54,059 bases of DNA from Candidatus Gottesmanbacteria bacterium (lineage in GTDB: Bacteria; Patescibacteriota; Microgenomatia; UBA10105; UBA927): the NCBI GenBank assembly GCA_023245335.1, contig JAHFKK010000001.1, positions 1,164,053 through 1,218,111 of the forward strand. Reading direction: 5' to 3'. The stretch's first letter is position 1. Every line of letters starts with the position of its first letter. Below are positions 36,039-46,048 of this stretch, in pieces. A program made the position numbers and the translations under genes. The notes beneath the pieces are model-generated. The model was not told the DNA's origin, did no database searches, and saw only the letters and a list, made by a program, of their open reading frames with translations.

Positions 36039-37034
36039 ATGGCAATTTCCGCCGAACGCACACCGACGCTCCGATCACCAAAATCATTTGACTCACTTCT
36101 CCGCAGTGTCCCGGAGGCCGTAAGTTTTGCTAAATTAGAAGCCGAAACTTCAGAAATGGCCAAAACTCCAGAAGGGAAATTTACCCTCGCATATCTTTTG
36201 GCCGCACGCAACATCCTCAAACCCGTCCTAACCGATACACTCATCAACAACGATCTGTTGCAACCCGTCGGGGGCTACGAGTACAATCCGCAACGGACTA
36301 TAGACGACGTAGGAACCGCAATTGCATTCAAGTTAGCCCAAGAAACCCCGGACTTACCGAATTTCTGGATCAGAAGCGAAGAAGATGCCCGCTGGCAACC
36401 AGCTAAGCGAAACGATGCACATTGGCCCGATGCCAGTCTTTTTGCAGTACTCGATCCTATGGATATGACAGTCGGCATACCCAAAGGAAACCGCGTTCAG
36501 ACAACCGGAATAGCTATCTATGATAAAAAGGGTGACATCAAAAGCATCGGTATCATGAGTTTAGTTGATGACGGAATGCTCTTCATCGAAAACAACCACA
36601 AGCCCTACGTCTACAGCCATACAGCCAGCGAAAAGGTAAACACAAATGAATCAAGCGGGCCCATCCAGATTGCGACGCTTACCCGGAGAATGCACGCTTT
36701 ACGAAACTTACCGATATTTGCCGAAGGAAATGGCGCCTGGACGCAGGATTGCGCGAGCGGCTACGCTGTGCTTTCACTCCTGGATCACAAAGTAGACACC
36801 ATCCTCGACCCAACAAAGGGCCAGCCATGGTATGAATACGTTATCTGGGGCAAAGCCGCAGAACTTGCCGGACTCACGGTAACAGATCCCACTGGCCATC
36901 CAATTGATACCGCACACATCATGCGGGAAGCAATTACCAAAAATCCGGATGAATCATACCGTATCCCCGTGGTCATGAGTAGAACTCCAGAAATACAGCA
37001 AAGAGTATTATCGCTTCTGAGTTCCCAAAAGTAA
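36039..37034 (+). CDS. Divergent inositol-monophosphatase/FIG-superfamily phosphatase
   Basis: RSEE and LDPMDMT (DPIDGT-like); TATAAT 8 nt before ATG 36039. Confidence 0.7.
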   Translation: MAISAERTPTLRSPKSFDSLLRSVPEAVSFAKLEAETSEMAKTPEGKFTLAYLLAARNILKPVLTDTLINNDLLQPVGGYEYNPQRTIDDVGTAIAFKLAQETPDLPNFWIRSEEDARWQPAKRNDAHWPDASLFAVLDPMDMTVGIPKGNRVQTTGIAIYDKKGDIKSIGIMSLVDDGMLFIENNHKPYVYSHTASEKVNTNESSGPIQIATLTRRMHALRNLPIFAEGNGAWTQDCASGYAVLSLLDHKVDTILDPTKGQPWYEYVIWGKAAELAGLTVTDPTGHPIDTAHIMREAITKNPDESYRIPVVMSRTPEIQQRVLSLLSSQK

Positions 37035-37198
37035 CAAATATAACTTGGGTGGTTGACTCAGAGAAAATTACAGGACTACAATCAGATATGTGCTAGGTAA
37101 GACGCCTCCTCAAGGCATAGCTTAACGTAGCAAATACTGTTTTTTTTGGCCAAATCCGATCCCGTTGTGACTGCATTACTTCGGAATCGTTCATAGAT

Positions 37199-38407
37199 AT
37201 GCTCTACTTTGCTGAGCTCGCGGGCAAACCCGTGGTTTCATCGGATGGCGCAAGTATCGGCCGTTTGCACGACTTCTATTTTTTGGCAGCCGATCAGCCG
37301 CTAATTACGAAGCTAAGCGTGACGAGTCCCGTAGGCCCGCTCTATATTCCCATCACGAGCGTCAAAACGATTAATGGAACGATCATCCTGTCCCCTGACC
37401 ACGAATCCGTGGAACCCACGGAACAAGAGCTCTCCATCCGCAACCATCTTCTGGATCTCCAAATCATCGACATAAAAGGGAACAAAGTCGTACGGGTAAA
37501 CGACGTCGTCATCCAACAAAAGCCGTACTATGTCATCGCGGGCGTCGATGTCGGGGTCCTTGGTATCGCCCGTTGGTTTAACGTAGAACAGTCGCTCAAT
37601 AAGCTTCTCGCAAGATTCGGTAAAACCGTGACATCGGATTTCTTAAGCTGGGACGATGTCCAGCCGATCGAACTTTCCCGGGGCAAGGTCATGCTCAAAC
37701 GGGAAGAAACCAAGCTGACCCGACTGGCTCCCGAAGACCTTGCCGACCACCTCGAACGCCTCTCTCTCAAAAACCTTACCAAAATCCTTGACCTACTCCC
37801 CAGTACCTACGAAGCCGACGTTATCCAAAACCTGAATGTCGGGCGCCAACGGGATCTTCTCCGGAACATCAAACCCGAAAAAGCCGCAAATATACTTGCC
37901 CGTATCGATCCTGACGAAGCGGCAGACATACTCCTCACCCTTTCGGAACGGCGAAGGAAACTCATTCTCCCCTTTTTGCCTCCCGAAGCCAAAACGCCCA
38001 TCGATTATCTGGTGTCTCTATCCAAAACCGACATCGGCGACCTCGCCACCAACGAATATGCCACGGCTGATCCCGAAGAGCTTGCCGGAAAAGTCAAAAC
38101 GCGACTCAAAATCGAAGCTGCCAAGCTCTCACAACTCTCCTACATCTATGTGATGAACAAAAAAAAAGAACTGGTGGGCGTCTTTAACCTTCAAGAACTT
38201 TTACAACAGGATAACGATGCCCCGGTCTACAAATTCATGACTCCCAACGTCGTCGTCATATCGCTCACGACCCCCAAAGAAATTGCGCTCAAAAAAATGA
38301 TCAAATACAAACTCTATGCACTCCCGCTTCTCAATGACAAACGGGAAATATTGGGTATCGTAACCATCGATGACCTGCTGGAGACCATGGAGAGAAGACT
38401 AATCTAA
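37199..38407 (+). CDS. PRC-barrel + MgtE intracellular N + CBS-pair protein
   Basis: N-terminal PRC barrels (DIKGNKVVRVND), DLADHLE/DEAADIL MgtE-N repeats, LPLL...LGIVTIDDL CBS. Confidence 0.9.
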   Translation: MLYFAELAGKPVVSSDGASIGRLHDFYFLAADQPLITKLSVTSPVGPLYIPITSVKTINGTIILSPDHESVEPTEQELSIRNHLLDLQIIDIKGNKVVRVNDVVIQQKPYYVIAGVDVGVLGIARWFNVEQSLNKLLARFGKTVTSDFLSWDDVQPIELSRGKVMLKREETKLTRLAPEDLADHLERLSLKNLTKILDLLPSTYEADVIQNLNVGRQRDLLRNIKPEKAANILARIDPDEAADILLTLSERRRKLILPFLPPEAKTPIDYLVSLSKTDIGDLATNEYATADPEELAGKVKTRLKIEAAKLSQLSYIYVMNKKKELVGVFNLQELLQQDNDAPVYKFMTPNVVVISLTTPKEIALKKMIKYKLYALPLLNDKREILGIVTIDDLLETMERRLI

Positions 38408-38408
38408 T

Positions 38409-39662
38409 ATGATTCAAATCATATTGCACTATATCAAACGCAAGTGGGCAAGACTCTTCATCATACTTGCCATCATAGGCCCCGGACTTATCACGGCATT
38501 TGCCGACAATGATGCCGCCGGCGTATCTGTGTATTCGGCATCAGCCGCAACATTCGGCTACCAGATCCTTATCATCACTATCCCCATGACCATACTACTC
38601 GCGCTCACCCAGGAAATCGGGGCACGGATCGGGATAGTCGCAGATAAAGGCCTCGGAGACCTCATCCGCGAGCAATATGGTGTACGGACCGCTATCACTA
38701 TGTTTATCCTCCTTTTTATCGTCAACTTTACCGTGGTCGTCCTTGATCTTGCCGGCATCAAATCTGCATTAGCGCTTTTTGGCCTCTCTCCGATATTTAT
38801 ACCGATCATTGTCGGGTTACTTTTCCTGTTTATCGTCATGGTGCAATACAAAACAACCGAACGATTCTTTCTCTTCACAATAGGATTTTATCTCGTCTAT
38901 ATGCTATCTGCCGTCCTGGCTAAACCGGATTGGGGACTCGCCCTGCGTAGCATGGTCATCCCCACTGGCCCATTCACGCCCCGATTCATCTATACCGCAA
39001 TCGCCGTCGTCGGTACGACAATCACCGCGTGGGGACAATTTTTCATAAGCTCAACCGTCAAAGACAAACATCTCACCGTCGAACACATCCGGTACAACCG
39101 CTGGGAAGTGTACTTCGGTGCGTTTCTCACGGATTTATTTTCGTTTTTCATGATGATCGCCGTCATCGCAACTCTTTTCATCCACGGCATCCAGATAAAC
39201 GGCGCCGCAGAAGCGTCTATCGCGATCCGACCATTTGCGGGAAACCTGGCGGGTGTGCTTTTTGGCGTCGGACTGTTTGTGGCGGGACTCTTCGGATGCA
39301 TCATCGTACCACTCTCGACCTCCTATGCATTCTCGGAATTTTTCGGCTATCCGGGGAGCCTCAATGAGGATTTTCACAAAAGCAGACTGTTTTATACAAT
39401 ACTTCTCATCCAACTGGCCGCGGGCACGCTTATCATTCTATTTCCTGCGGTCACGCTGTTTTCGATAACCGTCATCGGCAACTTCGTAAACGGCGCCGTA
39501 CTACCGGTCATATTTTACTTCCTATATAAATTTGTGAATAACGAACGCATCATGGGGGAACATAGGAACAGTAAGCTGCAAAATGTCCTCCTGGTGAGTG
39601 CCGGGGTATTTATCACGATCGCTTCCCTATTCAGCGTCGCGGGACAACTACTCCATTGGTGA
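38409..39662 (+). CDS. Nramp-family divalent metal transporter
   Basis: GPGLITAFADNDAAG, QEIGARIG, GTTITAW motifs; about 11 TMs. Confidence 0.9.
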   Translation: MIQIILHYIKRKWARLFIILAIIGPGLITAFADNDAAGVSVYSASAATFGYQILIITIPMTILLALTQEIGARIGIVADKGLGDLIREQYGVRTAITMFILLFIVNFTVVVLDLAGIKSALALFGLSPIFIPIIVGLLFLFIVMVQYKTTERFFLFTIGFYLVYMLSAVLAKPDWGLALRSMVIPTGPFTPRFIYTAIAVVGTTITAWGQFFISSTVKDKHLTVEHIRYNRWEVYFGAFLTDLFSFFMMIAVIATLFIHGIQINGAAEASIAIRPFAGNLAGVLFGVGLFVAGLFGCIIVPLSTSYAFSEFFGYPGSLNEDFHKSRLFYTILLIQLAAGTLIILFPAVTLFSITVIGNFVNGAVLPVIFYFLYKFVNNERIMGEHRNSKLQNVLLVSAGVFITIASLFSVAGQLLHW

Positions 39663-39668
39663 TACAGA

Positions 39669-40043
39669 TTACGCCAATTTATCTCCCATTTCGTGCACTG
39701 CCGTCACCATATCCACAGGAGTCGGAGGAGTTGCAGGGCGAATTTTCTCTAACAACTTGAAGCTCTCCCCTAGTCCTGCCCGCTCCATTACATCTCCCCA
39801 ACCCTCTACCGGAATACTTTTATCCGCCAGCATAGACGTGAAGAACCGTCTCTGATTTTTTCTAAATTTACGTGACGCGGCCACCATATCAGGAATATTT
39901 CCTGTCGCCGGATTGAGCAACAGGCTTTCAAACTTGGCGTATGCGGCTTTGGTCCTGGGAGTCATTGCTTCTAACGAAAAGTTATTAAGTCGCCTTGCCC
40001 GAACTTCAAGCCGCTTCTTTTTTGCTTCTTCTATCGCATTCAT
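39669..40043 (-). CDS. Hypothetical protein
   Basis: ORF; ATG 40043 preferred over the track start at 40076. Confidence 0.6.
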   Translation of the reverse strand: MNAIEEAKKKRLEVRARRLNNFSLEAMTPRTKAAYAKFESLLLNPATGNIPDMVAASRKFRKNQRRFFTSMLADKSIPVEGWGDVMERAGLGESFKLLEKIRPATPPTPVDMVTAVHEMGDKLA

Positions 40044-40131
40044 ACTATATCCCTTCCTGCTGCGGATTATACGCAAGCCCTAAATATATTGCCTGTATAA
40101 AATATTACAAATCATTCCAACACAATATTTA

Positions 40132-40470
40132 CTAGTCAAGCCGCTCAATATAGTCATCCCAGGCTGTCTGGATATGCCGCCTTCCGTCTCTTGCCATTGA
40201 AGCACGCAAATCTTTTTCCATATTCTCTGTCCAGGGACCGGGATGCTTCTTCAGGTAGGAAGCGGCGGATAGCGCAGATTCCACTCTTGCCGGATCATCC
40301 AGGGCTAAGGTCATGTCAATAAATTGAGAGAGCCGATCCACAATTCGATCATTGCCCACGATTTGACGAAATATTTTGGATCTCGTCTCCCCGTTTTTTG
40401 CCGCGAGTAATGAGTTAAGTGCCGAGCGCATCTCAACTTCATTAATTTCTTTTTCAGATTTTATGCCCAT
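40132..40470 (-). CDS. Hypothetical protein
   Basis: AAGGAGGT SD 9 nt before ATG 40470, right after the V-ATPase D stop. Confidence 0.7.
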   Translation of the reverse strand: MGIKSEKEINEVEMRSALNSLLAAKNGETRSKIFRQIVGNDRIVDRLSQFIDMTLALDDPARVESALSAASYLKKHPGPWTENMEKDLRASMARDGRRHIQTAWDDYIERLD

Positions 40471-40488
40471 GTGATTTGTCACCTCCTT

Positions 40489-41133
40489 TCAATTACCGGA
40501 CAAAATAGTGTGTTTGCTTCCTTGATGTCGTTTAAAAAACATCTGCCGCACTAATGACTCTTGCTCATCCAAACTCAACGCATCATTAATACGGGTGACC
40601 GTCGCTTGTAATTCTGGAATGCACACATTCTCCATAGCATTTACCCTTCTATTTGTACTAATGACTGCCTTTGCCATCCGTTCCACGCCTAACCGCTCAA
40701 CCATCTGAGGGACGCGGGATAAGAGGTCCTCAAACGCCCGCCGCGCCGCATCTATAGCGATCGTGTCACTGCCGGGACTGTACGACGGCAAACCGCGGGG
40801 TATATGTACCCGGCCGACAACAGGCACAGTGACTCCTAAGACATGGTTTACTTGTATTTCCACTCCGCCATTTTTGGGCACTCCCAACGCTGCCGCCTCT
40901 ACGCCTGTCCTTCCAGCCAAAAGTATTGCCGCGGAAAGCTTCCGATACGCGTCGACAAAAAGTCCGGGTTCTTCCTGACTGTATTGGACGGCGGCACGTA
41001 CTTCTGGCCTCATACGCTGTATGAGCCCGTCACGCTTCTGTTTCAGAATCCCGACGCCTGACTCGGCATTTTTGAGATCCCCCATCGTTTTATATAAATT
41101 GATACGGGTCAACGCTTCGTTTTTATTTGCCAT
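40489..41133 (-). CDS. ntpD: V/A-type ATPase subunit D homolog (orphan)
   Basis: TRINL, LKQKRDGL, RRVNAME..CIPEL, E.E...R; 214 aa. Confidence 0.85.
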   Translation of the reverse strand: MANKNEALTRINLYKTMGDLKNAESGVGILKQKRDGLIQRMRPEVRAAVQYSQEEPGLFVDAYRKLSAAILLAGRTGVEAAALGVPKNGGVEIQVNHVLGVTVPVVGRVHIPRGLPSYSPGSDTIAIDAARRAFEDLLSRVPQMVERLGVERMAKAVISTNRRVNAMENVCIPELQATVTRINDALSLDEQESLVRQMFFKRHQGSKHTILSGN

Positions 41134-41741
41134 AGGTTATGTTCCCGTCTCACGCATCGGGAGCAGAAACACCGGTCTTTCGGAATTATTTTTTCCAAAA
41201 CTGAACGTTTCTGCGGAAGTATCACGGTATCCAGCCACGGGTTGTCCGACGTTGCGATGATTTCTGACGAAGTTTTCGACGGCATAGGCACACCATGGTG
41301 TTCCCGGGCCCACTTGGCCTCGCGGGAACGCGCCCTCAAATACCGCAGCGAATCTTCCGTGTCTTCACGGCGTATACCTGTTGCCATGATCTCTTCTAAT
41401 TGTTTCCGATCGGAGGATACCAATACCGGCCCGACATAGCTGTCCTCCGGTTTGGCACCCGACCAAGCCGACCGCACGCCTTCAGGCAATGCATGGACAA
41501 TCCCGCGTGCGACACTCTGTTGACGAAAGTTAAACCTCCCGGGCTGCAGGATGTAGTCGTCGTTTACTTTACGAATAGGCTCCCATGGACTTATCAATTC
41601 CCCATCCTCATAGATTCTCACTTTCCGCATTTGCGCGAGATCCCGCTTTCCGGTCGGGGTCTTCGCGAACTGATCGGCTTCCCATTCCCTTCGATCCAGA
41701 AGGTCTGACATCGTTTCATTTTCTATCTGAGGTGTACTCAT
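41109..41741 (-). CDS. Hypothetical protein
   Basis: 210-aa ORF overlapping the D-subunit start. Confidence 0.7.
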   Translation of the reverse strand: MSTPQIENETMSDLLDRREWEADQFAKTPTGKRDLAQMRKVRIYEDGELISPWEPIRKVNDDYILQPGRFNFRQQSVARGIVHALPEGVRSAWSGAKPEDSYVGPVLVSSDRKQLEEIMATGIRREDTEDSLRYLRARSREAKWAREHHGVPMPSKTSSEIIATSDNPWLDTVILPQKRSVLEKIIPKDRCFCSRCVRREHNLWQIKTKR

Positions 41742-41764
41742 AAAAAAACTCCAAGCCTATATAC

Positions 41765-41992
41765 CTAAACCGTGAAATGCGGCAGGCGGGTCGACAAAAT
41801 AAACTCTGGGATAGCAAAAATTCTTTGATAATATGCAGGCTGTATAGGTAAAACGTCTATAAATGGATCCCACAAGGCGGATATTTCATTTCGGAGAAAC
41901 GCTTCTACTTGGTAGGACCGCACCTGTCTGTCGATTTCACAAGCGACTGTTTCTTCATCATCCCAACGCGGCTTACGCTCACGATAGTTCAT
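41765..41992 (-). CDS. Hypothetical protein
   Basis: 75-aa ORF. Confidence 0.5.
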   Translation of the reverse strand: MNYRERKPRWDDEETVACEIDRQVRSYQVEAFLRNEISALWDPFIDVLPIQPAYYQRIFAIPEFILSTRLPHFTV

Positions 41993-42182
41993 GATGGTTA
42001 AATTTGAGGAAATAATTTCTTTGCCATCCTAAGAATACGGGCCGTCAGAATAAGTCGCAATACGACTCAAGTATGCATGAGTTTTTTGTATAGGGGCGTA
42101 CAGAAATTAGATATGTAACTGCGATGTATCAGAAAAGGATCCTGTTATTTCGCTTCGCATTTTTTTGGGATCGAATGATGAT

Positions 42183-42488
42183 TCAGACAGCCCGGCCGGA
42201 TGCTGAACTATGAAGTTCTATTGGATTCGTACTACCAAATCCGGAAAGCCGGGGATCATTGTGATCATAGGCTGAACCGTGTTTACGAAACAGGCTCAAC
42301 CCATACCATGCGGTCTGGGTAAGCTGCCAATATTCATGGGAGCTTTGGAATAACTCTATCGCAGTTGTTTTGTCTCGCCGGAGCATCGCAACATTTGCTC
42401 TCCCCAATTCTCCAACTGACTGCAACAACGCATTTCTGACGACATATGCCCAGATATCTCCCTCGGTAAAGCTGCCTTTTGACGACAT
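42183..42488 (-). CDS. Hypothetical protein
   Basis: Minus strand TTGACA-N17-TACACT (42498-42526) 9 nt before ATG 42488. Confidence 0.65.
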   Translation of the reverse strand: MSSKGSFTEGDIWAYVVRNALLQSVGELGRANVAMLRRDKTTAIELFQSSHEYWQLTQTAWYGLSLFRKHGSAYDHNDPRLSGFGSTNPIELHSSASGRAV

Positions 42489-42543
42489 AAGAACGCGAGT
42501 GTACAAAAAGGGAGGAATTTTGTCAAAAAGGATTTATGTGAGA

Positions 42544-44454
42544 CTACATCCGCTCGACCGTAGAAATCCCTAGGAAATAGAGGCCGTTGTGGAGGACCTG
42601 GGCTGTTGCCGCCGTGAGCGTCAAACGCCATCCCTTGGCTTCCTGTGCGTCTAGAATAGGGTGCTTCTGATAAAAAAGGTTAAACGCCTGCGCGAGCTGA
42701 AATAAATACGTACAGAGGACATTTGGTGCAAGTTCCGTGGCCGCTTGCGCGACATATTGCGGGAAGAAACTAATAAGCCGGGACAACTCGTGTTCTTCGG
42801 CATTTAGTTTTACCTCTCCACGCATGGGATCGGCACGAGAACCTTCCGCTTTTCGCAAAACGCTTTTACAGCGTGTGTAGGTATAGAGGAGATACGGCCC
42901 GGAATCGCCGTCGAAGGAAAGTGATTTATCAAAATCAAATGCTATATCGGAGGGCAAAGAGACCCGCAACATCCAGTACTTAAGGGCAGCAACAGCAACT
43001 TTTTCTGCAATCTCGGCTTTTTGATCATCGGAATAGTCAAAATCCTGAATTTTTTTGGTCACTGCATCCTTCAACCGATCCATGAGTCCGATGACTGTCA
43101 CGACATTCCCAAAACGGCTGCTCATCTTGCCTTCGGGAAGGTTCACCATGCCGGTGAATATCGGCTGTGTCACTTTGCCGAGCTTGGGGTTGATTTCAGT
43201 GAGTGCCGCGACCAAAACGGCGAAGTATTCTTTAATTTCTTTCCCGACAACGATAATCGACTCGTCATACGGGAAGTCCTTATATTTAGTTGGGGCTAGT
43301 CCTAATTCCTTTGCCTCATACGTCGGCAAGTTATGTTTATTGATAAATACCCGGGTATGAAGACCCACCTTTTCACCCCGAAAGACCACAGCTCCCTCAC
43401 TTCTTTCAAAGGCTTTACCGATATTATCTATAACATACTGGTACCCGACTTCCCCCACCATGCTCTCCGGATAATATCCGTCAAATTTAGTTCCCAATCG
43501 CTTATAGATCGTTTCAAAATACTCAAGGCTCCATTTCCGCCCGGTGACGTATAAATCATAGGCGCTAAGAACTTCCTGGTCGGTCACTTTGCTTTCGGTG
43601 TTGTAGTTAATCGCGGCTTTCCTCCCCTCCTTTTCCCACATTTTTTGGGCTACCACATACAAAACTGTATTAAGCCTGCCTATTTCCGCCTTCGCGTCAT
43701 CGCTTTTTTCAAACTCTTGCGTCCCCAGCGCATATCCCTGACCCATGTAGTTGACCCGTTCAATAAGAGGTTTCTTTTCGAGATCCGACAGAGAAATATG
43801 ATCCTCGGACATTTTCTTCTGCAATCCCCACACGGACTTTGCGACATGCGTCCCTACATCACCGAAGTAATCGGCCCGCCAAACGACTGCCCCACTTGCC
43901 TCTTTGAGCCGTGCTAACGCTTCGCCTGTGACATTGGAAATGAGGTGGCCGATATGAAATTCCTTAAAAGGATTGGGGTCCGTGTACTCTATGACAATTT
44001 TCTTCGCAGAAACTTTATCGGTTTTGGCTGTACCATAGCGCTCCGCATCTTTTATCACCGAGACGACTTGAGTGCTTAAGGCGGATTCGGTCAAAAACAC
44101 ATTGATGAACCCTGGAGGAGCTATTTCTACCCGGTCAATAGAAGACCATATATTGTCTATATCCTGTAATGAATCAATTACACCCTTTTCATCTGCACCT
44201 TTTTGATGTTGTTTGCTCATCTTCTGATCCTGATTATTGTGGTCAAATTTCAATTTTCGCTTATCCAGCGCTTCTTTGACCTGTAGTGCGATTTCCATCG
44301 GTGACTTTTTCAGTTGTTTTGAAAGTCTCATTGCCACGTTGGTGGTGTACTCTCCGTGTTGGGGATCTCCGGAAATAGTGACATGAGGAGTGACATCTAT
44401 CACTCCCATATGGGATATTATTTCTTGTAATAGTTTCTGCAGCGAATTATTCAT
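42544..44454 (-). CDS. argS: Arginyl-tRNA synthetase
   Basis: GEYTTNVAM, APPGFIN, EYTDPNP.K.FHIGH, KMSSR, GPYLLY. Confidence 0.97.
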   Translation of the reverse strand: MNNSLQKLLQEIISHMGVIDVTPHVTISGDPQHGEYTTNVAMRLSKQLKKSPMEIALQVKEALDKRKLKFDHNNQDQKMSKQHQKGADEKGVIDSLQDIDNIWSSIDRVEIAPPGFINVFLTESALSTQVVSVIKDAERYGTAKTDKVSAKKIVIEYTDPNPFKEFHIGHLISNVTGEALARLKEASGAVVWRADYFGDVGTHVAKSVWGLQKKMSEDHISLSDLEKKPLIERVNYMGQGYALGTQEFEKSDDAKAEIGRLNTVLYVVAQKMWEKEGRKAAINYNTESKVTDQEVLSAYDLYVTGRKWSLEYFETIYKRLGTKFDGYYPESMVGEVGYQYVIDNIGKAFERSEGAVVFRGEKVGLHTRVFINKHNLPTYEAKELGLAPTKYKDFPYDESIIVVGKEIKEYFAVLVAALTEINPKLGKVTQPIFTGMVNLPEGKMSSRFGNVVTVIGLMDRLKDAVTKKIQDFDYSDDQKAEIAEKVAVAALKYWMLRVSLPSDIAFDFDKSLSFDGDSGPYLLYTYTRCKSVLRKAEGSRADPMRGEVKLNAEEHELSRLISFFPQYVAQAATELAPNVLCTYLFQLAQAFNLFYQKHPILDAQEAKGWRLTLTAATAQVLHNGLYFLGISTVERM

Positions 44455-44469
44455 GGTTTTTACCTGCCT

Positions 44470-44715
44470 TCAACTCTTCGAGCTAAATAGAGGCATCACT
44501 CTTTCAACGACTTCCTGGATCCGAAAGGATAGATGATGCACGCCAGGCTTAATATTCGAGATAGTGACACCGTCTTCCGTTCTTCCCACAGTGCAGCCAT
44601 TTTCCGCACAAACTTCCCCTACTACATATAATGACATTGCTGAGGATCCGAGCCACTTCCGCCTCACTGATATTGTGTACCCCGGAAGCGTAAGCCATTT
44701 GTGCTCGTGTGACAT
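44470..44715 (-). CDS. Hypothetical small protein
   Basis: 81 aa, stop 15 nt before the argS start; HxH and CxxxxC. Confidence 0.55.
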   Translation of the reverse strand: MSHEHKWLTLPGYTISVRRKWLGSSAMSLYVVGEVCAENGCTVGRTEDGVTISNIKPGVHHLSFRIQEVVERVMPLFSSKS

Positions 44716-44884
44716 ATGCTACTGCAACTTAGATTTCTCTTCCAAATTATAGTACCTCCCGATACCCATCACAATGAGTCGAAACATACGTCCACTTTTC
44801 GGTTATAAATCGAATTCGGATTCCTCATCCGTTCAAATATTTCATTACGCATCTGATACGTAATATATCGTATATACACATTTG

Positions 44885-45143
44885 CTAAAACGTTTTTTTA
44901 AACGCTCCAAGCATACGCCAGCGACGCGGAGCTTTGGGATGATCCTTATAAAATCCCTGAACTGCGGCCTCTCTCATGAGCTTATCTGCTTCCAAAGAGG
45001 CATGCTCCTTACTCATTCCCCGTTTCATAAGCGCTTCAGCAACAACTTCATCGTCAGGATTGTAATTGTTGAGGTCGTTTCAACTCCGGGACGTGTCGGA
45101 GTAAGAATGTTAACACAACGTTTTCTTCACTCTCTTTGGCCAT
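44885..45143 (-). pseudogene. 85-aa hypothetical gene with a single extra base
   Basis: AGGAGG SD + ATG 45143; deleting one A at 45078-45080 gives MAKESEENVVLTFLLRHVPELNDLNNYNPDDEVVAEALMKRG...KKTF*. Confidence 0.6.
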
Positions 45144-45612
45144 ATGGCCTCCTTTCTGGTCCGAGGACCAAATAAATACGTAAAAATTAATCCGCAAAAA
45201 CTGCCATAAAAAATCCCCTTGAAACTCTCCCGGTAAAGACCGAGAGAATTCCAAAGGGACGTTTCGCGGAACGAACTGTGAACTTTTAACTTGTGACAAC
45301 TAACCAGAAAGTTACCTGTCAATTGTTAAATGTCAATTTGTTCGCGCCTACTGTGCGTGGTGCCACCCTGGTTTCAGAAAAGTATGTGTATAAAACAAAA
45401 ATCTTCCGTATATCCTTGACGGAAGATTACTTTTCCCTCAAATATGCTTCCTACTTATCCGACTTTCGTCGAGATTTTCTTCGGAAACCGGCTCCCCATC
45501 TCGAATGGATCATCGCCTCAACTATTCACTTGTCAGATTAATTAATTTACTACAGGATCTATTTCTTGTCAAGACGTCAAAAAACGGCACAGGGTGGTAT
45601 ACTCCCCGTCGT

Positions 45613-46041
45613 ATGCCGAGATCCATAGAACCGAATCCAATTCCCGGCCTTATTAGGGAACTGATAACCCCGGAAGACCTCGAAGGCGGGACGCTTCTGG
45701 CGCCAACATTACCAGACAGAAAATATTTGTCTCTTTCCTGTGCAGGCGGAGAGCGCGTATCAGTCATACAACAATTATGCAGAATAATCACAAAAAAGGC
45801 CCCATATGAACGTCGCATTACGGCGTTATTAGTCAGCATCGGTTCCGTAACGGAGGCTCATGCCTTTCGACAAAATGAGGCGATATCGCCGGAAAACTTC
45901 CTGACGATAGCTTGTGAGCATGCGGGGTGTGATGGCGGAAAACGCTGCGCAATTCTGCGTCAGAAAGCGGACAAAATACAAACCAGGACTGATATGGGCA
46001 CACAAATCTGGGAGAAAAGACAAAAAAATAAGGGAAAATAA
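45613..46041 (+). CDS. Hypothetical Cys-containing protein
   Basis: TGgTATACT 9 nt before ATG 45613. Confidence 0.6.
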   Translation: MPRSIEPNPIPGLIRELITPEDLEGGTLLAPTLPDRKYLSLSCAGGERVSVIQQLCRIITKKAPYERRITALLVSIGSVTEAHAFRQNEAISPENFLTIACEHAGCDGGKRCAILRQKADKIQTRTDMGTQIWEKRQKNKGK

Positions 46042-46048
46042 TCCCAAA

